From: Octopus vulgaris
Taxonomy: Eukaryota
NCBI GenBank assembly: GCA_951406725.2
Contig: OX597819.1
Span: forward strand, 3,906,001-3,970,000
Direction: 5' to 3'
Length of the DNA stretch: 64,000 nucleotides
Below, piece after piece: positions 13,598 through 26,139 of this stretch; within the stretch, counting starts at the first letter, position 1, and every line of letters begins with the position of its first letter. A program made the translations under genes and the position numbers. The notes under the pieces were generated by a model. It was not told the DNA's origin, ran no database searches, and worked only from the letters and a program-made list of their open reading frames with translations.

Positions 13598-13643
<46 letters not shown>

Positions 13644-14157
13644 GTGCTAACTTAGCGATTTTAATCTGTTCAAGGTCTTTCTACAGAAATATTGCAACGA
13701 AAGCAAATTACGAGAAAAGAAAATTGGATTGTGGGTAGGAATGAGGAATCTGGCAATCATGTAAGTGTAGTTGTCGGTGGTAGCGGCAACTGTAGTGTGG
13801 TGATAGTTTGCTGATGGTGTTGGTGTTGATATTGTTGCAGGTTGCTACTACAGATATTATTGGCGTTGGGGCAGGTAGCTTCGAGTGTGGGGGTAGAGGC
13901 AGTAGTTACTGTTGGAGGTGATGGGGCTGCTGCTTGCGGTGTGATACTAAATGATGATGAAGATGATGATGACGATAGTGAAAGTAGGGAAGGTGAAGCC
14001 GCCATTTGGTGGTGGTGGAGGCAATGGTATTGTTAGTATAGTGTTTAACAATAGACACTATCAGCGGTGGAGCTAATGCTGCTATCACTGGAGCAAACAC
14101 TTTTTGTGCTGATACTGGAGATACTGGAGATAGTGGAGATAGTGGAGTGGTGGTGGT

Positions 14158-14158
<1 letters not shown>

Positions 14159-14228
<70 letters not shown>

Positions 14229-14438
14229 TGAGAAGAAGAAGAAGAAGAAGAAGAAGAAGAAGAAGAAGAAGAAGAAGAAGAAGAAGAAGAAGAAGAAGAA
14301 GAAGAAGAAGAAGAAGAAGAAGAAGAAGAAGAAGAAGAAGAAGAAGAAGAAGAAGAAGAAGAAGAAGAAGAAGAAGAAGAAGAAGAAGAAGAAGAAGAAG
14401 AAGAAGAAGAAGAAGAAGAAGAAGAAGAAGAAGAAGAA
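14159..14438. repeat. Compound (AAT)~22 + perfect (GAA)~69 trinucleotide repeat
   Basis: GAA run 14232-14438 is uninterrupted. Confidence 0.97.
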
Positions 14439-14823
14439 TAGTGGTGGTGGTGGTGGAAAATATTTTCTGCAGTGGTGACTGTTATCACAGTAATACTGTT
14501 AGCTACGGAGCTGCTGGGAAATGATAGGAGCGAAACCGGTGTTGCGAGATTTAGCCATACTGTCAGTGTTATTACAGATGACGTCGACGATGATGATGTT
14601 GATGATGTTGATGATATCGGTAGTTGTGGTGGTGGTGGTGGTGAAAATAAAGATATTAGTTTCTATAACGGTAGACGATATGACAGAATATTTGCTGTTA
14701 GTAGAGCGATGATGGTGACGGAGAGAATGATGGATGTCAGTGTTAGGCGGTGGTTGTGAATAATCCAGCGCTAGTTAGAGTTAAAAGTGTTATTTATGTT
14801 GGCGGTGAAGAGGCGGCGGAGGT

Positions 14824-14875
<52 letters not shown>

Positions 14876-15034
14876 TGTGTGTGCGTGTGTCAGTGTGTGT
14901 GTGCATTGGTGTTAGTGAAGTAACCATGATATGTCTAATAGTCATGAAGTAAGTGAAATTATTATATAGAAGAAAATGAATAACAAAAACATCACATCAC
15001 TTCCAGCAACAACATCATCATCATCATCATCATT

Positions 15035-15068
<34 letters not shown>

Positions 15069-16093
15069 ACAACAACAACAACAACAGTAAGAAGGAAAAC
15101 AACAACAGCACTGGCAACAAAGACAGCAGCAGTGATAACAGTAGCAGTGGGAGAAATAGTTGTGACTGCAGCAACTACAACAGGAGCAGCAGTAGTAAAC
15201 AGACATCGTTGGAGAAATGTATGTGTGGTGCGGGAATGGAACGAAACAATTAAAGTAAGGCGGTGGTGGAGCTGCTGTGTTGGAAAAGAGTTGTTGTTGA
15301 TGTGGCGGTGGGGGTTGTGTGGGTGATGGTGGTGGTGGGGGGATGCTGATGGTGGTGATAGTGGTAGGGGAAGTGGTGGATGGGAAAGGTGGTGGTAGTG
15401 GTGCTGACGAGTGAGTGAGGGAGAGAATGAAACACATGGAATTATTGGTGTGGATGCAAATAGCAAAGTGTGTCGGTGGTTGTAAAAGTGTTAATAACGA
15501 TAAGATTACAGTATTTTGAAAGTGAAAGTGATAAAACAGATTTTGTTGATGCTCGTGGAACTGAAATTACTAGCAAAGAAATAAATAAATAAAAGAGAGA
15601 AAGAAAAAAAACCCAGCTGGAGTTAATCGGGGTGGAAATGATATGCTTGTGATTGTTATGATGGTCTGATGTGATGATGCTGATGATGATAAACAATGAA
15701 CGCGGATTGTTAGATTAGTGTCACGTGAGGTAGTTTTACGGGGTGGTTCTATGCACGCACGCGTATGCGTGTATATGCGTGTGTGTATGTGTCATGGAAA
15801 GTAATTAAAAAAGTTTGCTCGACATCGTCAAAAAATGCGGTATAAAACTACATAGATCATAGAGAAAACATAGGTAATTTCATGATCCGGAGAGAGATAT
15901 AAAATATATAGTGTAGAGACAGAGTAAACGGTTACAACTTGTTCACAGAGGATAAAATGCAAATAAACTGGAAAAGAAAAGTTGTTGAAGTAATATGTCG
16001 TTCTATTGTCGTTATAACAGATTGCTGGAGAGGCCAGAATAAGCTTCCTGAAATAGAATATTCTGAATTGCCTAAGTGTTTATTCATAGGTGT

Positions 16094-16304
16094 TTACTCT
16101 TTACTCTTTTACTTGTTTCAGTCATTTGACTGCGGCCATGCTGGAGCACCGCCTTTAGTCGAGCAACTCGACCCCGGGACTTATTCTTTGTAAGCCCAGT
16201 ATTTATTCTATCGGTCTCTTTTGCCGAACTGCTAAGTAACGGGGACGTAAACACACCAGCATCGGTTGTCAAGCAATGCTAGGGGGACAAACACAGACAC
16301 ACAA

Positions 16305-16398
<94 letters not shown>

Positions 16399-16554
16399 GA
16401 CAGGCTTCTTTCAGTTTCCGTCTACCAAATCCACTCATAAGGCATTGGTTGGCCCGGTGCTATAGACACTTGCCCAAGATGCCACGCAGTGGGACTGAAC
16501 CCGGAACCATGTGGTTGGTTAGCAAGCTACTTACCACACAGCCACTCCTGCGTC
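16094..16554 (-). mobile_element. Family A SINE, essentially full length
   Basis: Complete reverse-complement head, internal (CA)n(TA)n, and 3' end ...gtcaaatgactgaaacaagtaaaagagtaaagagta. Confidence 0.92.
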
Positions 16555-16836
16555 TTTATTTGTGTTTATTATCTTAAACACAAATATTTCAACCATCATT
16601 CATTTAGTCCATTATTTGGTACAACCGTTGAAGCCACGGACCTTGTAGGGATCGTTCTACCTCTATGCGTTTCTGTTTCAAACCCATTAGTGGTTAACTT
16701 TACTTTTCATCCTTTAGTGTTCAATAACACAAATAAATACCAATTGTAGCAGACTGGGATCGATTAAATCGATTAGCCTCCTCTCGCAAAATTTCAGACC
16801 TTGAACCATTATTACTTATTATTATTATTATTGTTA

Positions 16837-17286
16837 TTCAGTAGTTTTATTTTTATAGCGTGCTTTCACTTCACTACCGAGCGCAGCTCTGTGTGCCTTG
16901 GGTATGTGCTGTGATTTGTTGTGATGCCCTGATGGTTACTGTATGGAAAATGTTCTGCGTAGGATGTGTGCAGTGCCTAGTAGTGCAATTTTCTGTATGT
17001 TATATGTGTTTGTAAGTCCTGGTGTTTTTGTTATGTATTTGTCTGAATATTTTTTTATCATGCCTAATGCACCTACTATGATAGGAATTGTTTCTGTTTT
17101 TCAGGTTCCACATTCTAGTTACCTCTATTTCCAGGTCTTTGTATTTTGAAAGTTTCTCCATTTCTTTTAGAGACACGTTGTCATCTGCTGGTATTGATAC
17201 ATCAATTAGAAAGCATTTTTTTTCTTCATGGTCTCCGACAACTATATCTGGTCTGTTGGTCTTAATTTCTCTATCTGTGTGTATTG

Positions 17287-17288
<2 letters not shown>
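16837..17288 (-). mobile_element. 5'-truncated R4/Dong-like non-LTR retrotransposon (RLE endonuclease C-terminus + 3' UTR)
   Basis: Translates IPIHTDREIKTNRPDIVVGDHEEKKCFLIDVSIPADDN...EKLSKYKDL (PD..D..K RLE motif), then after a frameshift IIVGALG...QKIALLGTAHILRRTFSIQ*. 3' UTR ends ctgaa followed by (taa)n. Confidence 0.88.
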
Positions 17289-17350
<62 letters not shown>

Positions 17351-17368
17351 CATTATTATCATTATTAT

Positions 17369-19888
17369 CAGTTCCAAGCAGTGCTGCTTTCTGCAAGTGT
17401 TCCACCCTTATTGCAGCCCCTATTTGTTCCACGTACGAGATTTTTGCTCACTGTTCCCAGTGCTCCAACAAATACTGGTGATACTGCTACCTTTTTCATC
17501 GACCACAACTGATTAACTTCCCTAGCTAATCTGTCATATCTCTCAACTTTTCTTTCTTCCTTATCGCATACCTTGTTGTCAGCTGGGCATGCTATATCTT
17601 TGATCCAGTATAGTTTGTTTTCTTTCCTATTCTTTATCTCATGGTCGCACTGAATCATAAAATCCTATAGGGTCTTTGCATTTCTAATTTCGACGATGCC
17701 TTCAGGTTTGTGGTCGTACCAATATTTTGCGCTGTCAAGTCCATACTTGTTGCAGAGTGTCCAATGGACAATCCTTGCTATATTGTTGTGGCGTCTCTTA
17801 TATTCCTTGTGGGCTAGTGGCGTACATTGGGTGGTAATATGCCATACGGTTTCACCGCGTTGTACACAGATTCTGCACTTATCACTTTCTGCTGTGTTGT
17901 CTATTCTGTATTTTATGTAGTTTGTTCTTAGGGCTTGCTCCTGGGTAGCAGAGATTAGAGACTCCGTTTCCGGTTTTAAATCACTTTTAGTCATCCACGG
18001 CCATCTTTTTTCTCTGTCTGTCTTATCTTCAACATCCATATGAAATTGACCATGCATTATTTTCTTTACCCACCTATTTTCAGTTTCATTCATTTTCAAT
18101 TCTTTGTATAGTGCTTTATCTTTGCAATATTTCATCCTACACAAGCCTGACCTTCCTACTATTATAGCGGTTATGTAGCATTTTTTACATACCATGCTAT
18201 GTTGTTTTCTTCTGCTCTAATGCTGCGTTTATATCCAATAAGTCCTCTTCCCCCTCTTTTTCTTGGTACATACAGTCTGTCTGTGTCACTTTTTGGGTGG
18301 AGTGACCCATATCTAGTTAGCAACGTTCTTGTCTTTCCAAGCTGTTTAGTTCGTCTACTGTCCTTGCGATTACCCCTGCTCCATATCTAAGGAGTGAAAC
18401 CGCCCAGGTGTTGATAGCTTCAATCTTTTTCCGTCCATTCAATTTCGACTTAAAGATCAGTCTCAGTTTGCGCAAGTACTCCACCTTAATTTTTTCTGCC
18501 ATTTCTTCTTCCATCAATTTATCCATTTCCAGTATCCCCAAGTACTAATAGCCCGTCTCTTCTATCTGCTGCATAACCTCCCCCGACGGCATCGTTAGCC
18601 CGTCCAAACATTTGATTTTGCCTCTCTTCAATACTAACACACCACACCTTCTCAGTCCGAACTCCATTCTGACATCAGCACTGAAGGTATACACCAGTGT
18701 TTCCCAACCTTTTTTCCCGGCGCCCCACTTTTTCATAGCAAAAGTTTTTACGCCCCACCTTTTCCCATGTCCACTCACATTTACAAGTACATGTGGGCCT
18801 ACTTACAATTGAAAAAAAATCAAAAATTAAAAAATTGTATTCAAAATACAAAAAAATAGTTTGAGAATTGAAACAACAGGCACTGAAAGTGCATAACACC
18901 CAATAAATCGATAAAATTATTACGATTTGTCATGTTTTTAAAAAATGTCAATTTATAAAGAATAAAGAAACACGTTTTTTCAGTTCAATTATTTGACGGT
19001 CAGCTCGACTAATTTAGTGAGAACCCTGTGCCTGATGCATACAGAAAGGTACAGTATTGAAAGTCTCGGGAGATGACACAAATCCAAGAAAGCGGGATCT
19101 TCTTTGTCTCGCTGGGGTGCGAGAGTTTCCTATGTGGAAGCTTCAAAGGAAAGACGGAATCTAAGGTTGTGCCCGCGATGACCGCTCGTCATGTACAAAT
19201 ATTTTCACAGCCCACGTCTATGCCCCGCGCCCCACCTGAATTTTCTCAGGCCCCACCTTGGGAATCACTGGTATACACTTTATCAACGAGGAAACTGATT
19301 TGGGCTTCATCTTTACCATAAAGTTTGAGGTCATCCATGAATAACAAATGGTTGACTTTTTGCTGGCGGCTCTTGAATACATACCCAGCTTTTGCTTTCC
19401 TCAGAATCAGTGTCAGTTGTATCAAGCACAGTACAAAGATCAGTGGGGTCAGGCAGTCCCCTTGGAAGATGTCCCTCCTAATTTCTACTGTCCCTAAACT
19501 TCTTCCTTATGCTGTCAGGTCCCTCCTTCAATTCGCCATACTTTTTCCAAGCAATCGCTCAACATTCGTTGCAATACCAAATAGGTTCATACACTCCATA
19601 ATCCAAGAATATGGGATCATATCGTACGCCTTACAACAGTCGATCCATGACATGGCTAAGTTACTTTTCCTCCTCTTGCAGTCTTTAAGTACAGTTTTGT
19701 CTTTCAGGAGTTGATCCTTGGTACCTCTGCACTTACGCTTGCAACCCTTCTGCTCATGTGGCAGGACTCCATTTTCCCCCATTTGTTCGTACATTGACTC
19801 TACGAGTATTCTAGTCAATAACATCCACATAAGTGGCAAACAGGATATCGGCCTGTAATTGTCTACCGTATTGCCTTTTTCGATTTTT
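17369..19888 (-). pseudogene. Decayed R4/Dong-like non-LTR retrotransposon ORF (RT, CCHC zinc knuckle, RLE)
   Basis: [12 protein letters not shown]; [17 protein letters not shown]; HLLFMDDLKLY (FMDD at 19330-19341); NGRKKIEAINTWAVSLLRYGAG; LHPKSD.DRLYVPRKRGGRGL; CRICVQRGETVWHITTQC; DIACPAD...KVERY...VGALG. Multiple stops and frameshifts, truncated at both ends, flanked by (TAA)n. Confidence 0.93.
18695..19270. mobile_element. Non-autonomous hAT (Charlie/Buster-like) DNA transposon / MITE, 576 bp
   Basis: TIRs cagtgtttcccaa / ttgggaatcactg and a perfect 8-bp TSD gtatacac (18687-18694, 19271-19278). Removing it restores the RT reading ...LVDKVYTFSADVRMEFG. Confidence 0.92.
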
Positions 19889-19893
19889 TGTTG

Positions 19894-19960
<67 letters not shown>

Positions 19961-19979
19961 CTTTATTATTATCATTATT
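19889..19979. repeat. (TTG)/(TTA)n microsatellite at the 5' junction of the RLE element
   Basis: Directly visible. Confidence 0.95.
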
Positions 19980-19981
19980 TA

Positions 19982-20183
19982 GGCAGCGAACTGGTAGAAT
20001 CGTGCAAAATACTTAGTGGCATTTCGTCCGTCTTTATGTTCTAAGTTCAGATTCCGCCTAGGTCGACTTTACCTTTCATCTTTTCGGAGTCGATAAAATA
20101 TGTGACAGTTGAGCCCTAGGGTCGATGTAATCGACTTCCCACTTCCCCCCAAATTGTTGGCATTGTTCCAAAATTTGAAACCA
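19982..20183 (+). mobile_element. Family B' SINE (B head/centre with alternative tail ...ccaaaatttgaaacc)
   Basis: gttcagattccgcctaggtcgactttacctttcatc...gggtcgatgtaatcgac; tail shared with the 48265, 53360 and 56655 copies. Confidence 0.82.
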
Positions 20184-21084
20184 TTATTATTATCATCATT
20201 ATTATCCTCGAATGATTATTATCTTTAAAATAATTATATTATATAAGCTTATTTATCCACATTATGTTGCTTTTCTTCCTGTTAGCTATGCTTTCGCTTC
20301 AGTTGATCGCTAAAAAAGCAGAATCAATTTACCAATTAAAAAATCTTTTTTACCAGACAACTAAAATATTGGTCGGAGGATGTCTTATATTTACAAAAGT
20401 ATTCATTGTATTGTTCTTTTTCTTATTTATTCATCATTCATCTCACATTTATTATCTCATTATTTAATAGTATCTACTTAATATTCGACACAATTCTCAA
20501 TATATTCACCAAATCCTCTGAATGTGTTTCAATTTGGTGACACTTAATTCCCAACGATAGTCGTCAACCAAACCTCGCAATTCCAATTGTCTTCTTTCGT
20601 ACCTCATATCTCTGACTCATATTGACCATATTTATGTATGTTCGCTCCGTTCACCAAAATAGCTTGTTGACCTAGAAAATTGCCCTTAAATCATAACAAC
20701 GTGTGTACACAGTTCCTATTCCTAAATAAGTAAACGCAGGTTTCCTTGACGTCAAATAATTTCATCTTTGGAGCAATGACCCCTTTGCCTTTGGAGTATA
20801 ACCTTCATCATATTCCTCATACCACTATGAATATACAAATTGTATGTTATCAAGCATTACCCATATAAATACATCAATTTTAATATCGATAAATATATAT
20901 GCATGCAATGCTAAGCACACATTCTTTGAATGCATTCGAATTTGCAGAGGAAGTCATTTATAATTACTCATATATTCATACACATGCCCTTACACACATT
21001 ACCGAATTTGAGAAAGATGTTTTATGCATATATATATGAGTGTTTTTGTATATGCTTATGAATATATTAGCTGCTTATGTGAAA

Positions 21085-21676
21085 GCGTGTAGATTAGCGG
21101 TTTAGGTATTCGGCTCACAATCGTAAGGTAGTGAGTTCGATACTCAGTAGTGTATTATGTCCTTGAGCAAGACATTTTTCTTCGAGTTGCTCCTGTCCAC
21201 TCACCAGGCAAAAATGAGTAGTATATATATATATATATAGTTTCTGAGCTGATGATAGAAGTGTTGTTTTGACTAATCTTGAAACGTACGTTCTCAAATA
21301 ACCTTAGCATTTGATTTTTTGATGTCCTTACCCCCAAACTTTTGTGAGTTGAATTAAGCAAACACTATATATGAGAGAGATTTTCTTTAAGTATTAGAAA
21401 TAGCTTTAAAAAAGTTTTTTAGCTGCTATTTCTAATGAGTTCAGTATGCGGCAAAGTAATTTATTTTACTAAGCCCTTTTATATAATATATATATATATA
21501 TATATATCAAAGGGCCAGCCGTGTACTTTGTATCACGCTGAATTTCCCTGAGAACTACGTTAAGGATATGCTTATCCGTGGAATGCTCAGCCAATTCGAC
21601 GTTAATTTCACAAGCAGGCTGTTCCTTTGATCAAATCAACTAAGACGTTCGTCGTCGTAACTGACGGAGTGCCAGT
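21085..21676 (+). mobile_element. tRNA-derived SINE family D (C-like head), split by a ~290-bp insert
   Basis: Head with gagttcgatac and gtccttgagcaagac...tgctcctgtccactca (21085-21220); putative body resumes at 21508 (caaagggccagcc...gacggagtgccag) after a TA-flanked insert. Confidence 0.6.
21245..21296 (+). ncRNA. Minimal type I hammerhead ribozyme motif (Penelope-type), stem II eroded
   Basis: tgag-CTGATGA-(stem II region)-GAAAC-gtac-GTT-ctca. Stem I tgag/ctca, palindromic stem III ACGTACGT. Confidence 0.6.
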
Positions 21677-23572
21677 TAGCTATAGTGACTACCTGCATAT
21701 ATATATTACATTTACATGTATTGATAACTCTCCTACATTTGCTATTGCTTAGCCCCAGGTTAGGCCTGATGGATTAAATATAGGATCAAAGGCTTTCTAA
21801 AATATATGTCTACATTATCTAAAGTATATTTCCCGTTTTAGGGTGAGTTAGTTGCAGTTTCTATTAGTTGGCGAAAACACTATATGGTGCAGTTGTCAAA
21901 CTTTTTATTTTGGCTTACCACTTCATTTTGTCAAGCCGTATTAGCGTACCCTGTGCAAAGAATATAGTGTAAAATAGTTGGATATACTAGAACAGGCCAA
22001 AGAGTTCAAATGCCACCGTAATCAGCTTTGTCTTTCATCCTGGTACTTGATAAAATCAAGTTCTAGTCAAGTACTGAAATCGATTTATTGCTTGTTTCCT
22101 CATCCAGAAAATCATTCAAGAAATCAATCTAATTTAATTTACTGTTAAATATTTGAATGAGATGGATTAGCTTGGCTCCTTCTAACAAGTGCGGTTCCAG
22201 AGAAGCGCACGTGCATAATATTCTCAGTTGACAGGATTTGTTTTCGAATTATAGGCATCGACGAATACCTGTTCATAAGAAATGGATGGGTGCAACAAAA
22301 ACATCTAACTTATTTTTTGGACAGACGCGTTACATTCTATTCGTTGTGATTTCTTCAAAGTTCCAGTGTTTTTACAAATCTTTCAAACCACCGAAATTTC
22401 TCTTGTGTAACCATTGTAGTACGTGTGTACCGTTTTGAGAACTGCTGGCGTAGAGCTTTCCTGCATTGGTTCAGCTCATACAGTCTTTCTACAATGTAAA
22501 ACGAAAATAAAAAAAAAAAACAATCTAGAAAATGAATCTAAATCTTATATTTTTATTGCAGATACTTTAATGAAATTGAAAATCTGCTCTGATTTCATTT
22601 ATCTCACGAATTTTGATGACTCTATGCAGTTAGTTTTAAATGATTGAACCGCCAGAGCGTCGGGAAAATTGCCATGAATAATTGAGTTATGTAAATTTAC
22701 GTTATGATTTACATTCTCGGGAAAGTCAACTTTGTTAAAAAGAAAGTTTCTGAGGCTGTTAAAAAAATTATCAAATTACTAATGATCGATTGAATTGACT
22801 ATAGCGATCCTCTTTAATTGGTGACCTTGTAGTAAACAAATATTTGAAAACTACAGATATGCACATCTCATCAGAATAATATCGCAATCTCCGACAATTT
22901 CTTTTTATATCAGTAATAAGTATCGTTTCTAGTGCAGAAAATTAATCAATAACCGATTGTCTTGATGATTCTTGTATACGATAGTTACCAAGCGTTAACT
23001 CCAGAAACGAGGACAAGAGATTTGGGAATTTGTAGAAATAATAGTTAATAGATGCTCGCTGATTTCCTTGTACCGTGTATTGTTGGCTTTTATTACTGTG
23101 ATATTCAACAATATAGTCTCTTGTTTTCACTTCGTCTGCTTAGATTTGTTGAAACTGAGGATATGGTTAAGCAAAATTTACACATAAACCTTTGCATATC
23201 ACATTACGTATTATGCTCCTCAGTATGACGTAGTATAACATAATGGAACGTATCTTGTTGTTCAAAGGACTGCATTTGTAAGGTAGATAAGCTCAATCAG
23301 AGCTGATTGGGACGACACAACAACTGCTTTTCCTGAGATGCACCATTTTTTTATTTTCTATTTATCATCACTTTGTATGTATTCATCAATCCGTATTTCT
23401 ACTAATAAATTATGTGCTGTTTTTAGCTTCTGCTCTCTTTCTTTGATCTAACATATACATACACAGATGTATGACTTTCGAAAATAAATCAGTAGCTTCG
23501 GGAAAAGGATAAAAATATCTGTTGTTGTAAAGGATAAAAATATATATTGTCGTAACACTAAGTCCAAATATG

Positions 23573-23631
<59 letters not shown>

Positions 23632-23643
23632 ATATGTGCATAA

Positions 23644-23679
<36 letters not shown>

Positions 23680-23681
23680 TG

Positions 23682-23722
<41 letters not shown>

Positions 23723-23794
23723 TGTGATCCCAAAATACAGAAAATCAGGACGAGGTGAAAGAAAAACAAATAGGGTGTATTACGTTTAAGCTGT

Positions 23795-23830
23795 CTTTAA
23801 CGTTTCGAGCCTACGCTCTTCTTCAGAAAA
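23795..23830 (-). ncRNA. Minimal type I hammerhead ribozyme motif (Penelope-type)
   Basis: Minus strand tttt-CTGAAGA-a-gagc-gtag-gctc-GAAAC-GTT-aaag. Intact core, 4-bp stem II, weak stem I. Confidence 0.68.
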
Positions 23831-23914
23831 TATAACTGTGGAGAGGAAAAAAACGAAAGAAACATGTCTGACTGAAATGGTCAAGTCATGCTGAAATGAC
23901 CGGACGGAGAAGAA

Positions 23915-23951
<37 letters not shown>

Positions 23952-23952
23952 T

Positions 23953-24228
23953 GACCATGGGTTTGCACCTAGAAAGATACCCACCGAGGAACAAGTTCAG
24001 GCAAGTTTGTTTATGGAAGACTACCAGTCATCCATGCATTCCAGCCTTCCCTCTCCACATCACTGATGTTATCCACGGGAACGGCAAAGGGGCCGATACA
24101 GCTTGGCACCAGTGATGTCGCAACTCATTTCTACAGCTTAAGAACACAACGCACATCCCAGCCCAGGAATTGAACTCACTACCTCATGATTTGTGAACCC
24201 GACGCTCTAACCAGAGTCATGCATCCTT
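23953..24228 (-). mobile_element. tRNA-derived SINE family E
   Basis: Minus-strand head with gtgagttcaattcctgg, gtgttcttaag box and a distinct body ending ...ctaggtgcaaacccatgg. Confidence 0.65.
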
Positions 24229-24265
<37 letters not shown>

Positions 24266-25330
24266 TTGAAAGAAATATAAATGAATAGATGCATAAAAGT
24301 AACTTCGTCATTCCACTTTTGTGAATGTCATAACTGGTTTCATATGTTTGGTAAGGTCATGTAATTGTAGAATATCAATCAATAAGAGAAAATATGGCTC
24401 GTTATCAGAAATTGTATTTCTGCCTAGTAAAAACAATTTTAATTTTCTTTCGATCAGATAGAAATATGTAGATTTATATCCTAAAATTTCGCCAATAGAC
24501 ATCTAATGAAAATGGCACAATAAAATTAAAGGAAAACTACCACATATCAAATGGATTAAGTTAGATGACATTGATAGCAAGTGTTAGTGTAAAGCATGCG
24601 ATGCTTAGAACACGTGAAAGAATAGTGGAATAGGCGATTTTACAGTGGAATAAGCAATTTTTCTCTTGGGCTCTGCTTAGAATTGCAGAAAGAGTTAAAT
24701 AAAATAGGGCAAGAGTAAAAATTAGGGATGCTGCTGACGATGATAATGATGAAGATGATAAAGAGGAAACGAAGAGGAAAAGAGATAAAGAAGTCGGATT
24801 TTTGGAAGAATAATTTGCGCTGATTTCCTTTTGTCGCTCTATTGGAGCAGAATGTATGCAGTTGTATGAAGGGTGAGAATCACAGAATCACACATCTCAT
24901 CAGATTACCATGTGAAGTTTTCAACAACGAGACATGCAAATCATAAAATGAAATAGAAATGACCCTTTAAGGATTACAGATATAACTACTAGGTATAAAG
25001 AATGTAAGTTATAACACGCCTTCACAAACTGTTGTTCAACACAACTTCCTTATTATAACTCGATATAAACGGAACCACGAGACATTGTTTCGAAACTTTT
25101 GTAGAAATTATTGATATAGTTAATAGCTACTCGCTTGTTCAGAGAATTCTGCTGCAATCTTTTCTAGCTTCTTTGTTTCTGTGACCTTCTGGCATGTCAT
25201 TGATTGCCATTCTTTATTGTATTTAGCTTTGCCAAAATTGATAATCAATTTGGAGTAATGTTTTCCTTAAAAACAGCGAAATATGCCTATTTATTTTACC
25301 GCTATTCTACCTTTTACATATATAACTTTC

Positions 25331-25402
<72 letters not shown>

Positions 25403-25411
25403 CATTATCAC

Positions 25412-25447
<36 letters not shown>

Positions 25448-25457
25448 TATTATTATT
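25331..25457. repeat. (TTA)n microsatellite
   Basis: Directly visible. Confidence 0.95.
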
Positions 25458-26139
25458 TCGTATTCTGTCTTTCAAATGAAATCAATAAATTGATTGAATA
25501 AGTATGTACGTAAGTGTTCCTGTGTATGTTTGCTTGTTTGTATGCCCAAATACAAATACATACATACACGTGTGTGTATGTGTGTGTATGTATGTATGTG
25601 TGTGTGCGTGCAGTATGTATATACATATGTATGTTAATATTGTCTCATAATTTACATATGCACGTTTCCTTAAATGCAAGTTTGTAATTTTATTTGTGCA
25701 GATATAAATGCACTGTGAGTATGCATGTATATATGCACGTATGTATTTATGTATGTATTGGCATAGTTCTCTAGACAATGAAAAAATATTCATATGTTTT
25801 CAATGTACCGAGAATAACAATGCCAAGAAATTGTTGGTGTTCTAATAGTATATGATTATCCAAAAATACAATCACACATAAATATTTCCATGAAAACATG
25901 CCAATGTTTATGTAAACATGTAAATACTTCAAATCGTCGTCAATCGTCTAACATAATATTGTATTTTGATATATTTTCGGAGGAAAGTAAAGTGCTTACC
26001 TTTAGAAGTAATCTGAACATATTAGATAAATGGAAGCTTTACTCTAAGGAGGAATATGAACTTCTCTAGCCACAGTCAAATTGTTTGTAGTTTTACGTGT
26101 ATGTATCTATGCATCTATATAGCTTCTCTTTTATTCCTC

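Noticed and set aside
14045-14524. Poly-Ser/Tyr and poly-Ile/Arg ORFs
   Set aside because: Artefacts of the (AAT)n(GAA)n repeats.
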